DNA of 64,000 nucleotides from Oscillospiraceae bacterium (GTDB lineage Bacteria; Bacillota; Clostridia; Oscillospirales; SIG627): NCBI GenBank assembly GCA_015064635.1, contig SVRV01000003.1, positions 51,057 to 115,056 of the forward strand, read 5' to 3'. Shown piece by piece: positions 47,010 to 54,279 of this stretch (position 1 is its first letter; each line of letters starts with the position of its first letter). The notes under the pieces were generated by a model. It saw only the letters and a program-made list of their open reading frames with translations, ran no database searches and was not told where the DNA came from. The position numbers and the translations under genes were made by a program.

Positions 47010-47585
47010 ATGAACACAAAAAACAAAACACAAACCATGGTGCTTCTGGCACTGCTTACTGCAATTGTGGCTGTGCTCTCTTACCTCGGCGGATTTATTA
47101 AGATTGGCGGATTTGCATCAATCTCCCTTACTCTTGTACCCGTTGTAATCGGCTCGGCTATCTGTGGACCGTTGGCAGGTGCGTGGCTGGGAGGCGTTGC
47201 AGGAGCGATATTCTTTACTACTGCCGATGCGGCATTCTGGGTTGGAATGAGCATTCCCGGAACCGTTATAACAGTTATGATAAAGGGTATTCTATCCGGT
47301 TACCTCGCAGGTGTTGTGTATAAATTGCTTGAAAAAAAGAACCGCTATCTTGCGGTTATATCGGGAGCTATCGTTTGTCCCGTAGTGAATACAGGTATCT
47401 TTCTTTTGGGATGCCGCATATTCTTCTTCGATTTTGTAAAGGGAAGTGCGGTTGCTGAAGGAATGTCATCTTTTGCTTGGATGTTGGTATTCTTTGTAGG
47501 TCTCAACTTCGTGTTTGAGCTCCTTGTGAATATCATACTCAGCCCCGGTATACTCAGAATAATCAATATAAGAAAAAAGAATTAA
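47010..47585 (+). CDS. ECF transporter S component (pantothenate/PanT-like by context)
   Basis: ALLTAI..L, I.L..VPV.IG, NTG.F..G, NF.FE..VN; directly after coaX. Confidence 0.8.
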   Translation: MNTKNKTQTMVLLALLTAIVAVLSYLGGFIKIGGFASISLTLVPVVIGSAICGPLAGAWLGGVAGAIFFTTADAAFWVGMSIPGTVITVMIKGILSGYLAGVVYKLLEKKNRYLAVISGAIVCPVVNTGIFLLGCRIFFFDFVKGSAVAEGMSSFAWMLVFFVGLNFVFELLVNIILSPGILRIINIRKKN

Positions 47586-47591
47586 ATTATG

Positions 47592-47615
47592 AAAGCACCC
47601 TTGATGGGTGCTTTT
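47592..47615 (+). terminator. Intrinsic terminator
   Basis: AAAGCACCC-TTGAT-GGGTGCTTTT. Confidence 0.8.
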
Positions 47616-47629
47616 GTTGTGGTTGTAGC

Positions 47630-47686
47630 AAAATATGCCACAGGCATATTTTTTAACGCTTTGTCCCTCCGTGAGGTTCGAGTCCT
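47630..47686. repeat. Hairpin plus inverted 13-nt copy of the tRNA-Arg T-arm
   Basis: AAAATATGCC-ACA-GGCATATTTT at 47630-47652; AGGTTCGAGTCCT at 47674-47686 equals the tRNA T-arm but on the opposite strand. Confidence 0.6.
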
Positions 47687-47708
47687 TTCCAAATGATAAT
47701 ATGCAAAC

Positions 47709-47736
47709 AAAAAACCACCCCGATGGGGTGGCTTTT
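47709..47736 (-). terminator. Terminator of the four-helix-bundle gene
   Basis: CCACCCC-ATC-GGGGTGG-TTTTTT on the minus strand. Confidence 0.75.
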
Positions 47737-47742
47737 GTGATG

Positions 47743-48087
47743 TTATAATTTTTCTTTTAACGTTTTACAGCTTGCAATCAACATTCGTCTTATTCTTCCG
47801 CAAAGATTTCTAAGTTTTTTGAAATTGTTTTCGTCAATGGTATTTGTGTTGAATAAAAGCTGAAGCCATCCTTCGGTTTCACCGCATTCTTTAAGAGAAA
47901 TTTCGAATTTAGAAAGCATGTCTGCCTTACTTTGCCCGTACTGGGCTTCACGGATGTTTGCATAAATGCTACTTGAACTTTTTCGTATTTGGAACATAGT
48001 GTTTGAAGGAATTTTTATGTTTTGACACAATATTTCTATGCTTGTTGCCAGCTTTTCGGAGTATTCCATTAAATAATTTTTCGCCAC
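47743..48087 (-). CDS. Four-helix-bundle protein (TIGR02436 / 23S rRNA IVP-like, Avd-like fold)
   Basis: QIRKSSSSIYANIREAQYGQSKADMLSKFEISLKECGETEGWLQLL signature; GTG start after GGGGTGA. Confidence 0.9.
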   Translation of the reverse strand: MAKNYLMEYSEKLATSIEILCQNIKIPSNTMFQIRKSSSSIYANIREAQYGQSKADMLSKFEISLKECGETEGWLQLLFNTNTIDENNFKKLRNLCGRIRRMLIASCKTLKEKL

Positions 48088-48107
48088 TATATCACCCCTT
48101 AAGAGAA

Positions 48108-48135
48108 ATTATACTACAAATTCAAGAAAAAACAA
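48108..48135 (-). promoter_or_regulatory. Candidate promoter of the four-helix-bundle gene
   Basis: TTGTTT-16 bp-TATAAT on the minus strand; -35 overlaps the first hairpin of the repeat ladder. Confidence 0.5.
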
Positions 48136-48319
48136 GGCGTAAGCCTTGTATATCATCAAAACAAAGTTTTGTATATCATCAATACGGAGTATTGTATATC
48201 ATCATTGCGAAAGTGGTTATATACACACTTGAAGGTGCGATGATATACAACAACGGCATTAAGCCGTTGTTGATGATATACAGCCTTCGGCTGATGATAT
48301 ACCATTGCTTTCGCAATGG
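48132..48319. repeat. Structured ladder: 3x GTATATCATC then 3x GATGATATAC, interleaved with hairpins
   Basis: Exact copies at 48148, 48171, 48194 (forward) and 48239, 48272, 48293 (inverted); every spacer is self-complementary. Confidence 0.92.
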
Positions 48320-48322
48320 ATA

Positions 48323-48352
48323 AAAACTCCAAGTCACAAGACTTGGAGTTTT
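48323..48352. terminator. Bidirectional terminator at the tRNA 3' end
   Basis: AAAACTCCAAGTC-ACAA-GACTTGGAGTTTT. Confidence 0.8.
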
Positions 48353-48428
48353 GGCCTTCCCTACAGGACTCGAACCTGCCGCCTTCAGAATCGGAATCTG
48401 ACGCTCTATCCGGATGAGCTAAGGGAAG
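48352..48428 (-). tRNA. tRNA-Arg(CCG)
   Basis: CTTCCCT/AGGGAAG acceptor stem, TCAGA-TTCCGAT-TCTGA anticodon arm, GGTTCGAGTCC T-arm, encoded CCA, 77 nt. Confidence 0.96.
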
Positions 48429-48451
48429 ATGTAAGTGCTGATTTCAGCACT

Positions 48452-49729
48452 TTATTTTTTTGATTTCTTTCTTTTTGAAACTCTTATAAGGAATATAACG
48501 AGTATGATAACGGCTGTTGCGGTAAGTGTTATGGAAAGAATGTCCATAACGGTTGCGGCTGTGTTTCCGTCATTTAACTCCGTGAAGGTTTTTGTCTTGC
48601 TTTTTTTCTCAACGGCTTCCACTGCAATAAGTGTTTCTGTAAAAACGTCATCGCCCACTTGAACGGTGACAGTACCCACTTTTTCGCCTACGGCTATGGG
48701 AGCTGTGAGTTTTTCATCAATATTGAGAGTCACAACAGGGGAGTCATCCAATGCTATCAGCGTGTCTATGCTGTTTTTTGCCTTTACTCCTATTTCCTCC
48801 GTTTTCCCCTCGGATACCTTTGCCATACCCAGCACGTCGGTATTGTTCAGAACGGTTTTTATAGAGTACTGTGCGAAATGATATTCGAAAAGCGTTATGG
48901 CATCGGTGAAAGCCATATTACCCTCGTAGTATCTGTCACGGTTTGCACCTAAAGTTACAAGAAGGTAGGTTTCGCCGTTTTTTGTAGCCTTGGTTATGAG
49001 GCATCTGCCTGCCTCGTCTGTAAAGCCTGACTTAACTCCGGTAACATAGGGATAATAGAGAGGATTTTCCGGATCTTCGATTTCAATAGTTGTGTTAAGA
49101 ACACGTTCTTCCGACTTATTGGTTGCCGGTATCGTACAGCTGTACTCCTTGATTATATCACAGAAGGTTTGATTTTTCAAGGCGTATTCTGCGATTAAGT
49201 ACATATCTTTGGCTGTGGAATAGTGGTTGTCATTGTGAAGACCGTGGGCGTTTACAAAATGAGTGTTTGTGGCGCCGATTTCAATCGCCTTAGCATTCAT
49301 TTTCTCAGCAAAGGCTTCAATGCTTCCCGAAACATACCAGGCAAGAGCATTTGCAGTATCACAGGTCGAGCGAATCATGGTGGCACGGATGAGGTCACCG
49401 ACTGTTACCTCTTCGCCCGTTTTCAACTTCATATTAACACCGCCGCCTGCGTAAACATCGTCGAATATGCCCGACGGCATTGTAACAATTTCGTCAAGCG
49501 ACTCGCAGTGCTCGATTGCCAGAATACATGTCATTACCTTTGTGAGGGAAGCGGGGTAGGTAAGGACTTCACTGTCAAGCTCGTAGACTACCTTGCCCGT
49601 ATCGGTATTCACCATATAAACGTGGTCGGAATAAATGTTTTTTCCGTCCGCAAAGAAGTCATCTGCGTTGACAGTCAGTGTGAAAAGTGTTATAATTATA
49701 AAAAATGATATAAGTAAACGTTTTTTCAT
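48452..49729 (-). CDS. D-alanyl-D-alanine carboxypeptidase (peptidase S11) with C-terminal membrane anchor
   Basis: Signal peptide, PASLTK, THFVNAHGLH, STAKD, GVKSGFT..AG.CL, PBP5 C-terminal domain. Confidence 0.9.
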   Translation of the reverse strand: MKKRLLISFFIIITLFTLTVNADDFFADGKNIYSDHVYMVNTDTGKVVYELDSEVLTYPASLTKVMTCILAIEHCESLDEIVTMPSGIFDDVYAGGGVNMKLKTGEEVTVGDLIRATMIRSTCDTANALAWYVSGSIEAFAEKMNAKAIEIGATNTHFVNAHGLHNDNHYSTAKDMYLIAEYALKNQTFCDIIKEYSCTIPATNKSEERVLNTTIEIEDPENPLYYPYVTGVKSGFTDEAGRCLITKATKNGETYLLVTLGANRDRYYEGNMAFTDAITLFEYHFAQYSIKTVLNNTDVLGMAKVSEGKTEEIGVKAKNSIDTLIALDDSPVVTLNIDEKLTAPIAVGEKVGTVTVQVGDDVFTETLIAVEAVEKKSKTKTFTELNDGNTAATVMDILSITLTATAVIILVIFLIRVSKRKKSKK

Positions 49730-49737
49730 TATGTACC

Positions 49738-50805
49738 TTATAGCTTTCTTGCCGACATAAAGTCTGCGGCTGTTTTGAGTATTTCTTTATATTCTGAATC
49801 CTTTATGACTTCAAGCTCTGTCATAGCGTTTTCGATATAGCTCTGTGCAAGGCTCTCGGCATATTCGATACCTCCGCAGGATGCGAAGATTGCCTTTACC
49901 TTTTCGATGTCCTCGGATGACGCATCCTTGTTTCCAACGGTGTTTTCAATGATTTTCTTTTCACTCTCCGAAGCATTTTTGTACGCTTCCTGGAGAATCA
50001 CCGTCTTTTTAGCCTCACGTATGTCCGAGCCGATAGGCTTGCCAAGTGTTTTCTCGTCGGACACTATTCCCAGAATATCGTCCTTAAGCTGGAAGGCGAT
50101 ACCGCACATTCTTGCAAAGTTGCCAAGGGCTGCGACCTCCTTTGCGTTGCTGTCGGAGGTGTCGAGTCCGAACATTGCACCTGCCTTTGCGCAGTATTCG
50201 AAGAGAATACCCGTCTTTTTGGTCATAACGTCAAGGGTGGTTTCTCTGTCTCCGATATCAAAGCTGCCGGATGATATAAGACCGAGTCTTGTGTCCACAG
50301 CCTCACCCTCAAGCAGTCTGTTGATACATTCTCCCTCAAGCATACCAAGTACACCGAGGAGAGTACCGCTTGAAAAGCCTTTGCAGTCAAGTAGCATCTT
50401 TACCGCAAGTGCATGGAGAGAGTCACCTGCAAGGATTGCAATGTCTCTGCCGTAGTCATCGGCAAAAGGGCTGTCCTGAAACATATCACGCACCAGAACG
50501 TGTACACTCTTTCCACCTCTGCGTGTGCTGTCATTGTCTATTATATCATCGTGGACCAAAGTGAAGGTGTGAAACAGTTCAACACTCACCATTGCGGGAG
50601 TTACGGCTTTTTCCGCCTTTTCACCGCCAACGGCACCTGCACAAAGGGACATAAAAGCAGGACGGAGTCTTTTTCCTCCTCGAAGAAAATATTCTGTAAC
50701 ACCTGCCCTGAGCTCGGGTGGCTGTATATCATTTTTGGGATAGCTGTCGAAATACTTAGCACAGCGATTCTCGCATGATTTTAAATACTGTTTTAATCTT
50801 TCCAT
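49738..50805 (-). CDS. Polyprenyl (GGPP-type) diphosphate synthase
   Basis: GGKRLRP, LVHDDIID..STRRG, AILAGD, KKTG, FQLKDDILG, GKPIGSD. Confidence 0.92.
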   Translation of the reverse strand: MERLKQYLKSCENRCAKYFDSYPKNDIQPPELRAGVTEYFLRGGKRLRPAFMSLCAGAVGGEKAEKAVTPAMVSVELFHTFTLVHDDIIDNDSTRRGGKSVHVLVRDMFQDSPFADDYGRDIAILAGDSLHALAVKMLLDCKGFSSGTLLGVLGMLEGECINRLLEGEAVDTRLGLISSGSFDIGDRETTLDVMTKKTGILFEYCAKAGAMFGLDTSDSNAKEVAALGNFARMCGIAFQLKDDILGIVSDEKTLGKPIGSDIREAKKTVILQEAYKNASESEKKIIENTVGNKDASSEDIEKVKAIFASCGGIEYAESLAQSYIENAMTELEVIKDSEYKEILKTAADFMSARKL

Positions 50806-50878
50806 AAGTGTTATCACTTCCTTATCAGTTAATTATACCACAGCTTATCGCATTATTCAATAGTCAGGAGATGATTTT

Positions 50879-53800
50879 TTGCTGTCATTTGTTTTAGGCC
50901 CGTCGGGGTATGGCAAAACCCATACAGTTATCAGTGAAATTAAAAGAATTTTAGATATGGGTACGGGTAAAAAAATATTCGTCATAGTACCCGAGCAGGA
51001 AAGCGTAAAAATGGAAGCAGAGCTTCTTGAGGTATGCGGCAACCGAATCAACGCCGATGTGGAGGTTATAAACTTCTCCCGTCTTGCAAACCGAGTGTTC
51101 CGTGAATCGGGTGGTATGACCTATAAATATATCGACAGCTCCGGCAAAGACCTGATGACGGCTGTGATACTTGAAAGGTTAAAGAGCACCTGCAAAACCT
51201 TTTCAAAGGTGTCAGACGATACAAAATACGTTCAGCTTATGCGTTCCGAAATGGATCTGCTCAGGAGTCACGGTATTCACGCCTCGGATATGGTAGAGGC
51301 TGCAGATAAGCTTTTTGAAATGGACAAGGGCGGAAAGTCACTCCATTCAAAGCTTGTTGATTTTGCCGTTATTTTTGCCTCTTATGAAAAATCCCTCAAG
51401 GAAAATTGCACCGACACCACCGACGATATAGTTAGGCTTGCCGCAACTCTTGAGGATTTTGATTTCTTTGAGGATAGTTATGTATTTGTTGACGGCTTTT
51501 ACGATTATACAGCACCTCAATACTCGGTGCTTGAAAGTATTATGAAAAGCTGTGCGGATATGACGGTCACGTTTTCTCTTGCACTTCCCGATACGGAAGA
51601 GGTGTTCAGAAAAACCGCACTGGCTTATACAAAGCTTCGTGAATGTGCCGAGAAAAACGGGTTGGAATACAAAACGCTGAAGCTTGAAGAGAATAAAAGA
51701 AGCGAGAGCGAAGCCTTGAGGACACTGTCAGAGGTTATTATGACAGGAGAGGAGCTTCATTCCGAAAGCAGTGAAGGAATCACTCTTACCTCGGTTAAAA
51801 CCGCATATGATGAATGCGTTTTCGTGGCACGTGAAATTGTACGCCTTGTCCGTGACGGAGCAGCTTTTTCGGATATTGCCGTATGTGCCGCAAATATTGA
51901 TTCCTATTCATCAACGCTTACGGATGTATTTGAAGCCTACGGAATTTCACACCTCAGATGCACCGAAAAAAGTGTTATGCAATCGCCGATAGTATCCTTT
52001 GTACTTTCGGCACTGGACGTTATAAATTCCTCCTTCTATTGGAAGAATATAAAATCATATTTGAAAAGTCCGTATACAGGCTTGAGCGAGGAGGAGACGT
52101 ATCTCCTTGAAAACTACATCACGGTTTGGACGCTTGGCAAGAAAAACTGGTACTCCGAGGAGGATTGGACATATCATCCGAGAGGTTATGTGGAAAACTT
52201 TACACGCCGTGACACCGCCGAGCTTGAAATTGTAAACACCGCAAGGAAAAAAATATTCCCACACCTTAAAAAGCTTGCCGCGGGTATAAGCGAAATGACC
52301 CCTGTAAGAGACAAGGCAATGGCTCTTGTACATTTCTTTGACGGACTTGGACTTTCCGAGGAGGTTGAGCGTTTTAACACTGCGCTTGGTGAATCCTTGG
52401 GCGTTGGGGATTATGACGATGAGATAAGTGCCTGGAACAATCTTGTGGATGCGCTGGATATTTTTGTCAGCGGCGCAGGTGAGCTTACTCTCTCCCGTGA
52501 TAAGTTTATAAAATATCTCCGACTTATTCTGTCGGATATGTCCTTTGGCAAGATTCCTTCATCACTCGACGAGGTGGAGGTCGGAAACGTTGAATTTGTA
52601 AGAAGCAAAAACATCAAGCATCTCTTTTTCATCGGCTTTAACGAAGGGGTTTTCCCTTCGGCGGGAGATACAAAATCGGTATTTACCGAGAGTGAACGCC
52701 GTTGGCTGTACGAAAACGATATAAAGGTAGAGGACAGCAGCGAGGACAAGCTAAAGGACCAGATGTTCCACTTCCTTCTTTCTGTATTGCGCCCGTCAAA
52801 GGCTTTGCATCTTGTGTACCATACAGCCTCGGACAACAAAAAGTCACGCTCCTTGCCTTCATATTTTGCAACCTATGTTACGGATACTGTGAATATTGAG
52901 GCAACCGTGCCCGACACCAGTGAGCCTTTGTCACCACATGAGCTCATGGACTATCTTATGACTCACGATGAGGATTTATCAAGGTATTTTGACTCGGAGG
53001 AGACGGCATCCTTCTTGCGTGAAACAAATGCCCTTAAAGCCTTTTCCGAGGCGGCAAGACAGCCTTTTCACATTGATTCCGACAAAGATATTATTCCCGG
53101 TGAATATAAGCTCACTCAGTCAAAGCTTGAAAAATACGAAAAGTGCCGCTTCTCCTATTTTGTAGAGCATATGTTGGGTGTACGTACTCGTCAGAAGGCG
53201 GAATTCAGCAAGGCTGAAATAGGCAGCTATGTGCATAAAATCCTTGAAAAGGTTTTGAAAAAGCTTTCATCGGACGGACGTGATGTTACCCTTGCAACCG
53301 AAGAGGAGATACGCCGTGAGACCGAGCTTTGCTCGGCAGAGTATATAGAAACGGTGGCACCGAATATCAATGAAAGCTCGCCGAAGTATAAATATCTGAT
53401 TGCAAATATCAGCTATTTCGTTGTGTTTATTATCAATAATATAAAGGAAGAATTCAAGGCATCCCTTTTCAGGCCAAAATATTTTGAAGAAAACATTTCT
53501 CACTCCGATGTGGTAAAGCCCTATGAGGTTGCCCTCTTCGACGGCACAAAGCTTACCTTTGGCGGTGTGGTAGACCGAGTTGACAGCTACACCGACGAAA
53601 ACGGAAGAGAATATATACGTGTGGTCGATTATAAAACCAAGTCGGGTGGAAAGAGCTTTTCTCTTGAGGATGTACTCAACGGAATCAATCTGCAAATGCT
53701 TATATATCTATATGCCTTCACCTCCTCACCGTCGGACACAGAGAGAAGGGAAGCGGGTATTATGTATATGCCTGCCATGAATGAGGAGTTTTCTCCCACC

Positions 53801-54226
53801 GATACGGAATTGAGTGACGACGAAATCCGTGATATTATGGACAAAAAGCTCAAAAGAAGCGGAATGTATCTGGATGACCGAGAGATAATTGATGCAATGG
53901 AATCGGGAAAGGAAAAGCGCTATGTCAGCTTGAAGTATGACAAGGAGCAGGACATTTATTTGCCAAACAGCTATTCCACTCTTGCAACTCTTGAAGAATT
54001 CGGATTGATACGCAGATATATTGATTCACTGTTTGACGAGACCGTTAAGAATATCAAATGCGGAAACATTGAGGCAAACCCCATTGAGGAGGAAAACTCT
54101 GAGGGAAGTGCCTGCGCATATTGTCCCTATCATCCCATTTGCCGTTATGAAGGTGATGCTCGTGAACGCTTGACAAGTGAATTCCCTTTAAAAACAATGA
54201 AGGAAATGCTTGACAGAAATACATAG
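50879..54226 (+). CDS. addB: AddB/RexB helicase-nuclease subunit B
   Basis: GPSGYGKT, IVPEQ, V.NFSRLA.RVF, FVDGF, GVVDRVD...RVVDYKT, LQMLIY, Fe-S Cys (KCRF; CAYCPYHPIC). Confidence 0.9.
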   Translation: MLSFVLGPSGYGKTHTVISEIKRILDMGTGKKIFVIVPEQESVKMEAELLEVCGNRINADVEVINFSRLANRVFRESGGMTYKYIDSSGKDLMTAVILERLKSTCKTFSKVSDDTKYVQLMRSEMDLLRSHGIHASDMVEAADKLFEMDKGGKSLHSKLVDFAVIFASYEKSLKENCTDTTDDIVRLAATLEDFDFFEDSYVFVDGFYDYTAPQYSVLESIMKSCADMTVTFSLALPDTEEVFRKTALAYTKLRECAEKNGLEYKTLKLEENKRSESEALRTLSEVIMTGEELHSESSEGITLTSVKTAYDECVFVAREIVRLVRDGAAFSDIAVCAANIDSYSSTLTDVFEAYGISHLRCTEKSVMQSPIVSFVLSALDVINSSFYWKNIKSYLKSPYTGLSEEETYLLENYITVWTLGKKNWYSEEDWTYHPRGYVENFTRRDTAELEIVNTARKKIFPHLKKLAAGISEMTPVRDKAMALVHFFDGLGLSEEVERFNTALGESLGVGDYDDEISAWNNLVDALDIFVSGAGELTLSRDKFIKYLRLILSDMSFGKIPSSLDEVEVGNVEFVRSKNIKHLFFIGFNEGVFPSAGDTKSVFTESERRWLYENDIKVEDSSEDKLKDQMFHFLLSVLRPSKALHLVYHTASDNKKSRSLPSYFATYVTDTVNIEATVPDTSEPLSPHELMDYLMTHDEDLSRYFDSEETASFLRETNALKAFSEAARQPFHIDSDKDIIPGEYKLTQSKLEKYEKCRFSYFVEHMLGVRTRQKAEFSKAEIGSYVHKILEKVLKKLSSDGRDVTLATEEEIRRETELCSAEYIETVAPNINESSPKYKYLIANISYFVVFIINNIKEEFKASLFRPKYFEENISHSDVVKPYEVALFDGTKLTFGGVVDRVDSYTDENGREYIRVVDYKTKSGGKSFSLEDVLNGINLQMLIYLYAFTSSPSDTERREAGIMYMPAMNEEFSPTDTELSDDEIRDIMDKKLKRSGMYLDDREIIDAMESGKEKRYVSLKYDKEQDIYLPNSYSTLATLEEFGLIRRYIDSLFDETVKNIKCGNIEANPIEEENSEGSACAYCPYHPICRYEGDARERLTSEFPLKTMKEMLDRNT

Positions 54227-54230
54227 AAAA

Positions 54231-54278
54231 TAAAATAGTAGGCTGTAGCAATGTGTTTTGCTACAGCCTATTATTTTA
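54231..54278. terminator. Bidirectional intrinsic terminator
   Basis: TAAAATAGTAGGCTGTAGCAA...TTGCTACAGCCTATTATTTTA. Confidence 0.8.
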
Positions 54279-54279
54279 A

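Noticed and set aside
47743-48087. Diversity-generating retroelement (Avd-like gene)
   Set aside because: No reverse transcriptase and no template/variable repeat pair differing at adenines seen in the window
48132-48319. CRISPR array
   Set aside because: Repeats are only 10 nt, change orientation midway, spacers are mostly 11-23 nt hairpins, and no cas genes are present
48003-48323. 106 aa ORF across the repeat ladder
   Set aside because: No RBS, overlaps the four-helix gene antisense, and its repeated peptides just reflect the DNA repeats
47616-48352. Classical integrative element or prophage at the tRNA
   Set aside because: No integrase and no direct repeat of the tRNA 3' end found
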